DNA of 64,000 nucleotides from Candidatus Bathyarchaeota archaeon (GTDB lineage Archaea; Thermoproteota; Bathyarchaeia; 40CM-2-53-6): NCBI GenBank assembly GCA_963733055.1, contig CAVTBR010000003.1, positions 512,001 to 576,000 of the forward strand, read 5' to 3'. Shown piece by piece: positions 1 to 9,196 of this stretch (position 1 is its first letter; each line of letters starts with the position of its first letter). The notes under the pieces were generated by a model. It saw only the letters and a program-made list of their open reading frames with translations, ran no database searches and was not told where the DNA came from. The position numbers and the translations under genes were made by a program.

Positions 1-114
1 CATGACCTCGAATTCGAACTTGAATCTCACGCTCTCAAGCCAAAAGCTGTCTCCCACGGCAAAGTCATCGGAGTTAATCGCTTTCAAGAACTCTTCCAAA
101 GTTATTGTAATCAC
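1..114 (-). CDS. Partial hypothetical protein running off the window start
   Basis: Open frame from GTG at 114 (VITITLEEFLKAINSDDFAVGDSFWLESVRFKFEFEVM) to the window edge. Confidence 0.35.
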   Translation of the reverse strand, partial: MITITLEEFLKAINSDDFAVGDSFWLESVRFKFEFEVM

Positions 115-203
115 CCGACATAGCACTTAACACTTACACGTTCTATATCTTTCGCTCAATCTGTTTTACCCAATAGGATGATGACAGCGTAACCTGCAGC
201 CCA

Positions 204-690
204 TTACTCAGAGCTACTTTTCTTCATCCGATAAAGTTTGCCGACAAGCTCAGCTCCACCGCTGAATTTTAGTTCGTTATTCTTTAGGCTAATCAAGCCT
301 GCGTTCACATATTTTTTCGTCCAATCGACGAATGCTTCTCTGTCGTATGGTGTTTTAGGAAATTGTCTCATCCACCATTCTTTGAAGGCATCCTCGTATT
401 GGACGTCAGAGGTTAGCTTGTTCAACAAATTAGCTGAACTAGCCTCACTCGTTGCTACTGTTGCTTGTCTAGCCGCTTTAACCTCTGGCCGATTTTCAAT
501 GAATCGCTATCCCTCCGACCCACGGCCCAAACAATATGCTGAAAGCGGCAGGTCCGAAGACTTGTGGCCAGTACCTAACCCCAAAGAGGACTACCGGAAA
601 CACCGTGAAAAATGCACCCATGCCCGCGTACACAACTGCATTTACTGCCATCAACACGAATTGTAAAGGGAAGGATTTTGAGCGGCTCAA
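204..690 (-). CDS. Hypothetical membrane protein, probably one frameshifted gene (ORFs 496-690 and 204-428)
   Basis: Hydrophobic 64-aa ORF. The frame of 204-428 stays open upstream to about 505 (FIENRPEVKAARQ...), overlapping the end of the first ORF. Confidence 0.35.
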
Positions 691-850
691 CCGAAAAATT
701 GACCTCTTAACTTCCGAATGATTTTCGAGCTGCTGACGATATATGATTTAGGGTAAGCTCAGGTTTACGATTCCTCGCAAACGTGTGAGCGCGGGGAGGT
801 GAAGGAGGAACTAGCTGGATAACAGACTTATTGAGAATGCGATTGACCAA

Positions 851-1186
851 TCATTTTCTAAGTAGAGCCAGAATGATCTGGATTACTGCAAGCGCAGCGA
901 GAATCCATGTTACCCTTTTGAGTCCGACAGTCAAGTCACTCAATCTCTGCGACTCTAGGTTTAGTGAGTCTAGTGAATCTATCATACAGTACTCACGCAG
1001 GGCCGCAATTTGACGTCGCAGGTCATCGAGTTGGGTCTGTAGAATCTCTTTACCCGACTGTTCCATAATCACTGGCAAGCCTAGTAACCCCTTTTGCTTC
1101 ATTAAACTGAGTACCTGCGCTTCTTGCTCTATCAATTTGTATAGTTCATCGCGTGCGTTTTGAAAGGAGAAGTTCGTGGTATTCAT
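851..1186 (-). CDS. Coiled-coil protein with C-terminal TM helix
   Basis: 111 aa, heptad-rich, ending WILAALAVIQIILALLRK. Confidence 0.6.
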   Translation of the reverse strand: MNTTNFSFQNARDELYKLIEQEAQVLSLMKQKGLLGLPVIMEQSGKEILQTQLDDLRRQIAALREYCMIDSLDSLNLESQRLSDLTVGLKRVTWILAALAVIQIILALLRK

Positions 1187-1558
1187 GTTTCTTCAACTCG
1201 GCCTACGCTTTCGGATTAGCTTTGTTTTAGCATTTACGTGTTTTGAATCAACTTAGCCAGTTGTCAGTCATCCCTCTAACTTAGCTACACTGGTAGGATT
1301 CAGCAGCTAGGCTCATCTCATCGGAGTTTCATGCAGTTCAGGTTCGGAATGCCAATGACAGTTAGTGCTGTAAGAGACGACAACAAATCTGAATGGTCCT
1401 TGAGAGCTACGTTTTTGATGTGCTAATCGTGAATCGTATCGACGGTTGTTGTCTGAAAGTGTAATTGTACACCTGAACTCTCTGCCTGGAGTTTACGCTA
1501 GCCTTTCTACTGAACGAAAGCGCTCACTTAATGCGGATGTGAATGAATCAGACTCGTA

Positions 1559-2749
1559 GTGAAGAATCGTGAGAGATTCTACATGGAGAACAACAAACTC
1601 ACCATCATGAAGGTGCTTGCATTACGACCTCGTGATGCTAGAGGCGATGGCTGGGCATCCGGACAAGAACTTCAAAACGCAACTGAACTCTCGCCCAACG
1701 ATATCAATGACGCCGTTATCCTATTGAAAGACGGAGGTATAGTTGAACTAGAGAAACAACTCGGAACGGCGCCCTTCCGCTTTCATGCGGTCACTCTAAC
1801 AGCCAGAGGAAGAGGCTACTGGGAGAAATTGCAAGTAAATTCCCAGAATGAATTTCCTCGCACATTACAAAACGCTCCATATCGGTTGTCCCAAACTCCT
1901 AATGACACAACTGAAGATGAAAAATTCATGCGTGTGGCAATCGAGCTATCCAAGCAATCCACACCTGAGGACAGCAGGCCACATCCTAAAGTCGGTGCAG
2001 TTGTAGTCAAGAATGGCGAGATATTAGACCACGCGTTTTGCGGTGAATATGCTCAAGGAGATCACGCTGAATATACTCTGCTTGAAAGAAAACTTGGAAA
2101 GATGGACCTGACGGGTACAACGCTTTACACCACTCTTGAACCTTGCACACTTCGAGGCCACGAGAAGATGCCTTGCGCCGACAGAATCATACAGAGAAGA
2201 ATCGGCAGAGTTGTGATAGGAATGCTTGATCCCAATCCCAACATTCAGGGCAAGGGCTTGTATAAGTTAGACAAAGCGGGCGTGAGAGTACAACTAGCGG
2301 AACGGCTAAGTCGCGAAATTAAGGACATCAACAAAGAGTTCATAGCGGCTCAAGAAGGCACTCCAACAATTAACATGGCAATACCTCAGACAAAAATTTA
2401 CGAGGACTTAGCAAACATTCTAAGTCGGCTGGTACTGCGATGGCAGAGTTACAAAGACGAATTACCAAATGTGAAGTGGACGCCCGAAGCTGTTGAAGAG
2501 ATTAAAGAGAAGTTCAGTAGCGATAAAGAGGATCTTCTTAATTTATTATCCCGCTCGCCAGAGATCGATTTAAAGGTCAAATCTCAAACGAAAACAATCA
2601 TAAGTCAAATTGATGGGTTCATATTTTTTAAAATCAGTTTCGAGATACCCCCCCAGAGACACGAGCAACTTCAAAATTTCGAGTATAAGGCAGAACAGGC
2701 GGCTGACGCCGCTCAAGCTCTACACGATTGGTTGCGGACCGAGAAGTAG
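1559..2749 (+). CDS. wHTH + RibD/cytidine-deaminase-like Zn deaminase + helical C-terminal domain (start may be ATG 1583)
   Basis: PKVGAVVVK, DHAEY, LYTTLEPC...PCAD and VVIGMLDPNP motifs; N-terminal wHTH-like segment; no reductase domain. Confidence 0.8.
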   Translation: MKNRERFYMENNKLTIMKVLALRPRDARGDGWASGQELQNATELSPNDINDAVILLKDGGIVELEKQLGTAPFRFHAVTLTARGRGYWEKLQVNSQNEFPRTLQNAPYRLSQTPNDTTEDEKFMRVAIELSKQSTPEDSRPHPKVGAVVVKNGEILDHAFCGEYAQGDHAEYTLLERKLGKMDLTGTTLYTTLEPCTLRGHEKMPCADRIIQRRIGRVVIGMLDPNPNIQGKGLYKLDKAGVRVQLAERLSREIKDINKEFIAAQEGTPTINMAIPQTKIYEDLANILSRLVLRWQSYKDELPNVKWTPEAVEEIKEKFSSDKEDLLNLLSRSPEIDLKVKSQTKTIISQIDGFIFFKISFEIPPQRHEQLQNFEYKAEQAADAAQALHDWLRTEK

Positions 2750-2818
2750 TCGTAATAGGGCTTCGCTGCTAAAATTGGATACGCATCACGAAGGCTTTCC
2801 TTGCGATCACGACAGCGC

Positions 2819-5242
2819 TCATAAACGCCGAACAAGAATTGCACCCACTATAGACAACACAACTACCAGAGCTGCTAAGGCTATCCAAGATGATGAATTG
2901 ATCCCGGTAGATGCATAGGGTGCGACCATTTGCGAGAATGACTTGGAGAAAGTGATGGCGCGTGTTTGAGTATATGGAAGACTCACAGTCGAAGCATACA
3001 TCGTGGTATATCTTGATACCAAAATGTAGTTCCTGCACGATTCGTTCTGACGATTCGTTTGGCAGGTTGTCGTAGTTGAGCTGGCCATTAGGACGGACTG
3101 TTGGATAGGAGTGGTAAATGATGTGGCGGTAAAGTACGATGTTGAAACATTCACTGTTGTCGATACAGAAGTAATTGTCGGATAGCTCATCAGAAATGTG
3201 CTAAGAAATGCGACGGCAATAATAAGGAGTGATAAGAGGTTGGCAGATTTTTTCTTAGGCCGAGTAATCGTTGCAGTCTGCGGAATCGACATGAGATTTC
3301 GCAGCCTATAGACGAGAAGAGTAAGACCAATTCGGCCGTCCTTTCTCCAGACGCGCCGTTTCTTTGCGTGAACGCATCGTGAGTGCATGTCTCCGATCTC
3401 TGTTTTAACCATCGATTCGCCAAGTCGAATTGTTTGACGACACCCCCGACACTTGGAAGGATTCATAGCGCCGAAACTCGCCGTGCCATGCCATGGCGTC
3501 GAGAGTATCCGTACGGGTACCGGATATGACCTGTAAACCGCCCCGAAGTAAGTCAAGACCAAACCCAGGATTACAAGGATAAGCAGGCTCGGGATAGCTG
3601 CAACAGCGAGGATGGCTGAAATTACGGCAAGCAAAAATCCTGTCCAAAACACCTTTGGACTTGCCACTATTGGCCTGACAGAAGGTTGAATTGGGGGTGG
3701 AGAAGACGGGACAGTGGCGTACAGTTTCTGAAGTGCATCCGCCTGCTGTCTACTCAGGACATCAACTGGGTGTTGAGGTCTCGATACGACAATCTGTTGT
3801 GGTCGTCCTGGTTCACACAGAGGGCAGAAGTAACGATTAGATTGTAGATCGTAGGTTAGTCTAAAATTATGGCGCAAGCAAACGAGTTGCTGATGATCCA
3901 CGAACGTCGATGAAGGTGCAGCTGCCTTCTTTTGCGAATTGACGCACCTAAGGGCCTCCTGTTTGTCCTGAAGAGGCTGAATCTGTGACGGAATATCCAC
4001 AACAATCTGTGGTCGACCTTTGTATTCGGTTATCATGCCGGTAACGCTGACCCACTTGTTTACAAATGACTCCGGTCTGATACCGCCCGTTTGCATCATG
4101 TCCAGTACGTCAGCCCAGATGACCAGATAGAACGCTCCCTTGCGCCAATCTCCGAAGTTAAGGAACATGTACGGTTGATTTCGCCGAGTCACGTCTCTCT
4201 TGTAGTTGGTGACTTGGCCGACGATTTCTAGCATCTCTCCGGTTCTTGAAACAATCGTGTTGGTTTTCTCAGCAAGTATAACTTCGTACTGAGAAATGTA
4301 CTCTATCGGCTTGCGTACCGTCGGGATCGGTCGAACTCTGGCAGGCGGCTTTGGCGGTACGTAACTCGGAGAGATGAACTCCGATAGTGAAGGGATTTTG
4401 TCGTAGTCTAAGAAGCAGATGGCCTCAAACTTCTCTGCAAGCGCTCTTACCGCAGGGATTCCTTTCAGGTCGTTTATTAGAGGAGAAGACTGCGGATCGA
4501 GGAAGTCCTTTCTTTGGAATAGTATGTTTTCTCCGTCGCTATATTTTCTCCAAAGCGCGGGCTTTGCTGCAACCGCTTTAAGTCCTAGGTAGATGACGAT
4601 TGATGGAAAACGGTCCATCCGGGCCGTGGGAGCGGCATTGGATCTATCTGGATGAATATAGTTCAGATGACCGAGTACCTTCGTCGGAGATTTTGAAAGC
4701 TCGGGCAAGTACATGCCGTCATAATCTATCAGCGTGAGAGACTTGCTTCTCACCATGATGTTTCCGTGTTGAAGGTCACCGTGAGCAACGCCAAGTTGTT
4801 CAAGACGATTGACGATTCTTAGGAAGTCGTCCGCAAGCCATGTAATTTCATTCGGTTTCGCGAGATTGCGTTCGATATGGAGATTCAGAACATCCCCGGA
4901 GAGCCATGGCATTAGCAATATGGGGTATAGGTTTCCGCCGACACGTATTCCTTCTATCTGAAGACTGGCTTTGACGAACGTCCCGTCTGCGTTCTTTTCT
5001 AGGAACCGACTAATCGCGTCGTACCTGAATTGCAGGTCTCCAACTTCTCGATAGAAGCATCGAACAGCCCAATTATCACTTGCTCGAGAAAGGTGGTAAA
5101 TCAAAGCGAAACCGCCGGTCTTCACACTGGGCAAGCCAAGTGGATTTGTCTCGACTCGACAGGTTTGTAATTCCTGGTCCTTGAAGGCATTTTTGGGATT
5201 CTGTACTGCGAGCTGGTATTCGTCGAGCCTTGGTAGTCCCAA
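2819..5242 (-). CDS. TerY-P-type Ser/Thr kinase with OB-fold, Zn-binding motifs and several TM helices
   Basis: GGFALIY, WAVRCF, HGDLQHGNI and LIDYDG kinase motifs; OB-fold at about aa 320-424; CxxH..CxxC and CxxC..HxxC motifs; 4 hydrophobic helices; adjacent to PP2C and vWA genes. Confidence 0.88.
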   Translation of the reverse strand: MGLPRLDEYQLAVQNPKNAFKDQELQTCRVETNPLGLPSVKTGGFALIYHLSRASDNWAVRCFYREVGDLQFRYDAISRFLEKNADGTFVKASLQIEGIRVGGNLYPILLMPWLSGDVLNLHIERNLAKPNEITWLADDFLRIVNRLEQLGVAHGDLQHGNIMVRSKSLTLIDYDGMYLPELSKSPTKVLGHLNYIHPDRSNAAPTARMDRFPSIVIYLGLKAVAAKPALWRKYSDGENILFQRKDFLDPQSSPLINDLKGIPAVRALAEKFEAICFLDYDKIPSLSEFISPSYVPPKPPARVRPIPTVRKPIEYISQYEVILAEKTNTIVSRTGEMLEIVGQVTNYKRDVTRRNQPYMFLNFGDWRKGAFYLVIWADVLDMMQTGGIRPESFVNKWVSVTGMITEYKGRPQIVVDIPSQIQPLQDKQEALRCVNSQKKAAAPSSTFVDHQQLVCLRHNFRLTYDLQSNRYFCPLCEPGRPQQIVVSRPQHPVDVLSRQQADALQKLYATVPSSPPPIQPSVRPIVASPKVFWTGFLLAVISAILAVAAIPSLLILVILGLVLTYFGAVYRSYPVPVRILSTPWHGTASFGAMNPSKCRGCRQTIRLGESMVKTEIGDMHSRCVHAKKRRVWRKDGRIGLTLLVYRLRNLMSIPQTATITRPKKKSANLLSLLIIAVAFLSTFLMSYPTITSVSTTVNVSTSYFTATSFTTPIQQSVLMASSTTTTCQTNRQNESCRNYILVSRYTTMYASTVSLPYTQTRAITFSKSFSQMVAPYASTGINSSSWIALAALVVVLSIVGAILVRRL

Positions 5243-5998
5243 TTATTCCACTCTCAACATGAGAATTGTGACATCATCATTACGCATAATTCCCGAACCC
5301 CTAGCCGAAGATAACCAAGCGAGGAAAGTTTCAGTGTCAGCGAAAGACGCGATTACCTCCCAGGGGAATAGGCCCGCATTTAGCTCATGCAGGAACCATT
5401 GAGCAGCGGCGTCGGTCATCCAGAAGAAGAGGTCTCCGCTCGACCATTCTCCCCTCGTGGATTTTATGGAAGGCATCTCTCTCTCGCTGCGTCTGCTGCA
5501 TATCAAAGGAGGGGTTGACCCAAACTCCTTCTCATCGCTTATGGGAAAGCTAACAACGCCTGTTGGCTTTTTCACGAAGAGGCATGAATCACCCGCAGCG
5601 ATAGCCTCCCAGCTACCATCTTCGCCAAAGCATGTCCCGAGAAAGGTCGCGAAAGCACCACGTTTTCTCTTTTCCTCCGCATACCACGGGAGCGTCTTCG
5701 GATCGACTATCCTGCGCCAGATTCTTGCTCCTTTGTTTACCGCTTTCTTGAAACGTTCGTCGGCTGGCAGGCCGGAATTGACAAACGCTGCAACAAGGAC
5801 GCTGGCCCAGAGTGATGCGAAAGAACTCTCTGTTGCACCATCGGAAATCGCTACGCTAAGCCTTTCGGAAAGTAGTTCCCCTGAAAGAGACGGCTCGGAA
5901 GCGTCTTCGTATTCCGATGGTTCATTTCCCTGTTTCTGGGATTTGAAGACGCTCAGACTTGCCTTCAATTTACCGTAAGCTGGTTGGGCGCGTTCCAA
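5243..5998 (-). CDS. PP2C-like (SpoIIE-type) protein phosphatase of the TerY-P triad
   Basis: YEDA, AISDGATES, AAGDSCLF, WMTDA and RNDDVT motifs. Confidence 0.88.
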   Translation of the reverse strand: MERAQPAYGKLKASLSVFKSQKQGNEPSEYEDASEPSLSGELLSERLSVAISDGATESSFASLWASVLVAAFVNSGLPADERFKKAVNKGARIWRRIVDPKTLPWYAEEKRKRGAFATFLGTCFGEDGSWEAIAAGDSCLFVKKPTGVVSFPISDEKEFGSTPPLICSRRSEREMPSIKSTRGEWSSGDLFFWMTDAAAQWFLHELNAGLFPWEVIASFADTETFLAWLSSARGSGIMRNDDVTILMLRVE

Positions 5999-6815
5999 TA
6001 TCTACGAAATTGATAAGCTCGACCATACCTGCATTGAAGACGAAACCACGAGACCCCTCCGAAACAGGCACCCCCTCCTGTTTTGCAGCTGCGACTATAT
6101 GTGGAGGCAGGGAGCTAGAAATGCGGAAGAGCGATTTAGCAAACTGGTCCGGAAGAGCGTCATTATCTGGAAAGAGAATTGGTGCGGCACGCTGTGAGGA
6201 TAGATGAACGTTGAAAAGCAGCGTGTTTCCGTCCGTACTGGCGATGGCCCTTAATTCGTCCGCGGCACCAGTAGGATCACCGTCGGTGGCTTCTCCGTCC
6301 GTTATATTGATGATAATTGGCGGGAAACATGCAGGATGTTCCGCAACCCATGGCTGTAATAGGACTCTCGCCAACCGTAGGGATTCGCACATCGGGGTTC
6401 CACCATTGGCAACGGGATCGAACCAAACCGGAAACTTAACTTTCTCCTCAACAAGACCGCCGGCCCCATCTTGCACTTTGCGAGTACGGTCTTCAACGCG
6501 TAAAGGAGAATTGGCTAGTTCGCTAACTGAGACGATTTGACGTCCGGAAATTGCGCCACCCAATCTCGGACCTACGTCACCCCCATAACCGATCACAGAA
6601 ACGAAATAATAGTCCCTGACGCCCTCGGACTTCGTGCATTTTATCACCAAGTTACTCAGAAGTTTGTTGATCGCGTCAGATGCGCCGTCAGCTTTTTTGA
6701 GCGAAGCCTCGCCGCCTCCGAACGGGTCAGCCATTGAGCCGGATTGATCCAGCAGAAAGACGATGCAACTAGGATTAGTACGGCTAATTTCGGCTTCGTA
6801 AGTCAAATTGATCAC
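5970..6815 (-). CDS. terY: TerY-like von Willebrand factor A domain protein
   Basis: MIDAS motif LLDQSGSM, GGTPM, NITDGEATD; first gene of the vWA-PP2C-kinase triad. Confidence 0.88.
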   Translation of the reverse strand: MINLTYEAEISRTNPSCIVFLLDQSGSMADPFGGGEASLKKADGASDAINKLLSNLVIKCTKSEGVRDYYFVSVIGYGGDVGPRLGGAISGRQIVSVSELANSPLRVEDRTRKVQDGAGGLVEEKVKFPVWFDPVANGGTPMCESLRLARVLLQPWVAEHPACFPPIIINITDGEATDGDPTGAADELRAIASTDGNTLLFNVHLSSQRAAPILFPDNDALPDQFAKSLFRISSSLPPHIVAAAKQEGVPVSEGSRGFVFNAGMVELINFVDIGTRPTSLR

Positions 6816-6908
6816 GCCTGATGGACGCCCTTGCAGCCAGATGCTATTTAGAATTTGCTAGTTCCGGGTCATTCGAGTTAATCGAGCTTCCTCAGGACCC
6901 TGGATTCT

Positions 6909-7190
6909 TCAGCGGTCGAAATTGGTAGGAATCACGATGTCTCCTCCTTCACCGGAGACTATCACAGCGGTGTGGGTTCTTTCGATACCTTCAATCGGTT
7001 GAATCTTCCTTATTACAAGATTTGAGAGAGACTTCATGCCAGACATCTCAAGATATGCGATCACATCATAAACTCCGGTAACAGCGCAAGCCCATTTTAC
7101 GCCGTTGATTTCTCCGATTGATTTCGCAACATCATAGGCTCTTCCTAGCTTCGACTGTACCAAGACAAATGCCCCAACCATACGAATCAA
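6909..7190 (-). CDS. Stand-alone Lrp/AsnC ligand-binding domain protein (no HTH)
   Basis: AFVLV...VTGVYDVIAY...IEGIERTHT pattern; similar to 62499-62771. Confidence 0.85.
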   Translation of the reverse strand: MIRMVGAFVLVQSKLGRAYDVAKSIGEINGVKWACAVTGVYDVIAYLEMSGMKSLSNLVIRKIQPIEGIERTHTAVIVSGEGGDIVIPTNFDR

Positions 7191-7919
7191 CTATGGTGAC
7201 TTTTTCTTTCCGTAGAGTTTATCGAGAGTATTGGCTTCTTCTCGCGTTAGCACCCCGTCGGTATTCAGAATTTGACCCGGCGGAGGAGCCGAATATCTTC
7301 CAGGAGAAGCAGAGCGAATTAACTGCTTAGGTTGCGGACCCCATAGGCTCGCAAAGACTCCCATTTCTGTTTGTACCTCTGAGAGAACAGTTTTTTCCTC
7401 TATCAGCTCGATGTTCCTATTCATTCCCGAGTATGTTAGATTAGCTGACCCAACAAACGCGATCCGTTGGTCTACAATGTATAACTTCACGTGAACTAGC
7501 TGACGTATGGAAAGCACCTTAACAAAGAGTGGAATACTGCTGGCCTGTTTGCGCGTTAAGTTTTTGACAAGAGTGGCTGCTATGGCCACGACCGCAATTA
7601 CAACTAGCGCAAGACCTGCGTAGCTAAGGATGAAGGCCCCCACGATGCCGATGAACAAAGCCAGAATGAGGTAACGCCAAGCACGGCGGCTGAGGCTGTA
7701 AACAGATTTTTGCCCGAGCATACTCAACGCCTGTCTATGTCCATGTCCACTGGAATCGGAGGTTACCAAACAAACTACGATCCCTTGCCTCGCTTTGGCC
7801 AAGAGAAGTCGTGCATATTCAGGAGAGAGGTAGGGCGAAACTATATCGAGTGACTTGGTGGCGCTGCGAATCGAAGGAAGCACATACTGTCCTACGATGC
7901 CGCTATGTACGAGTCCCAC
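7191..7919 (-). CDS. Single-HKD phospholipase D-family nuclease with internal two-TM hairpin
   Basis: LDIVSPYL, HVKLYIVD (HxKxxxxD), AFVGSANLT; hydrophobic hairpin at about aa 83-117. Confidence 0.85.
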   Translation of the reverse strand: MGLVHSGIVGQYVLPSIRSATKSLDIVSPYLSPEYARLLLAKARQGIVVCLVTSDSSGHGHRQALSMLGQKSVYSLSRRAWRYLILALFIGIVGAFILSYAGLALVVIAVVAIAATLVKNLTRKQASSIPLFVKVLSIRQLVHVKLYIVDQRIAFVGSANLTYSGMNRNIELIEEKTVLSEVQTEMGVFASLWGPQPKQLIRSASPGRYSAPPPGQILNTDGVLTREEANTLDKLYGKKKSP

Positions 7920-7967
7920 GAGCGACCAACTCTCAGGCTGCGAGAGATGGACCGCTGACGATTTATC

Positions 7968-8405
7968 TCAAGAGCATGGGAATCCTTGGTAAGCTACTTC
8001 AATTTGAGATGGGCTGCTTACGATTATCTCAGGCGCACCATTGTAAAGTTGAACCATACCCGTTATACGAACATCTTTGTTAAGATAAAATCCTGTTATC
8101 GAACACTTGAAGTTGCCAGCGTCGCTTGAGAACACTACGCCGTAAAAATATCCTTGGTACGGGTAATGGAAGTCTAGGAAAGAGGTGCTGCTGTAAGAGG
8201 AATAGTACGTGTAAACAATTGTTCCTTCGACGGCAACGGTTTGACCAACGTAATTACTTGCGTCTGTCCATGAGACTACCGATGCTGTGGGAGTTTGCCA
8301 CTCGGCGCTTTGAGCCAACCCGTAAGGCGCTATAGCAACAGATCCGCATAGCCACACAAACAGAACCAATACAGGAACTAGCAACTTTCTATAACGATTA
8401 GTCAA
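7968..8405 (-). CDS. Secreted/membrane-anchored OB-fold protein
   Basis: Signal-peptide-like N-terminus; GQTVAVEGTI..FLDF..FYGVVF..KDVRITGMVQLYNGAPEIIVSSPSQI aligns with the kinase OB domain. Confidence 0.8.
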   Translation of the reverse strand: MTNRYRKLLVPVLVLFVWLCGSVAIAPYGLAQSAEWQTPTASVVSWTDASNYVGQTVAVEGTIVYTYYSSYSSTSFLDFHYPYQGYFYGVVFSSDAGNFKCSITGFYLNKDVRITGMVQLYNGAPEIIVSSPSQIEVAYQGFPCS

Positions 8406-8636
8406 CTGCCAAAACCAAGGTAAACTCTCTAGTCACCTTAGAGTTAACACTTGTGAAGCTAACCCAGTTTCAGTTAAGACAGTCCGTCGCTTGTTACGTT
8501 GTGTGTTAACTAGGGTTCTGCCTCTACGAAACCTATGTTCTGTCGTACGCGTCCGTTAGAAAATGAATAGGAATCATGTGGCGCGTCTAGGGGGACACAA
8601 ACGGCTGACTGTAAGCATTGGCTATTCCTAGCGCTC

Positions 8637-9086
8637 TCAGACGCTTCCGAGGATAACTTGACCATATGGTGTAGTGATGACGGCTTGGACGCTGTGTCCT
8701 GCCCCGTTAGCAGGAAAGTTGACAGAAATCTCGGTTGTGACGGAGTTGCCCGCTGTGATGACTGCTTGAGGAGATAGAGTATTGCCGGCAACTTGCGTGC
8801 CTGTGTTATCGACCACGCTGACTGTCAGTTGGATTAATGTAACGTCGAAACTGTTACCATTCGTAATCTTTACTTCGTACAAGGCTTCCAATGTTCCCGT
8901 ATTATAACTCGCCTCCCAGTGGACAATCTTGATGGCGGCTCCTGCATTTGCGAGGTTTTGTAGAGACGAAGCCTGATAGTAGAAGTATCCCAAACCTCCA
9001 AGCGACACTGCAAGAAGGATAATCAAGACCAAGACAATCGGAGTCACGACAATCCGAGATTTACCTCGCACGTTTCGGTTTGCCAT
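8637..9086 (-). CDS. Membrane-anchored beta-sandwich (Ig/LEA_2-like) protein
   Basis: N-terminal TM helix followed by a beta-rich domain with VKITNGNSFDVTL. Confidence 0.65.
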   Translation of the reverse strand: MANRNVRGKSRIVVTPIVLVLIILLAVSLGGLGYFYYQASSLQNLANAGAAIKIVHWEASYNTGTLEALYEVKITNGNSFDVTLIQLTVSVVDNTGTQVAGNTLSPQAVITAGNSVTTEISVNFPANGAGHSVQAVITTPYGQVILGSV

Positions 9087-9196
9087 GACTTATCTCATGA
9101 GAAATTCCTCGTATTTAACATCTAACGCATCAAAGAGCACGAAAAAATACAAAGTCTTAAGCGCAGTGAAACCGTCCTCCTAGTTCGGCCTTTGGC

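Noticed and set aside
1559-2749. Riboflavin biosynthesis ribD
   Set aside because: No reductase domain, extra unrelated domains, and no rib genes nearby.
5457-5978. Long antisense ORFs (e.g. 5457-5978, 238-666, 9497-10048, 59040-59501)
   Set aside because: Shadows of well-supported genes on the opposite strand, with no motifs of their own.
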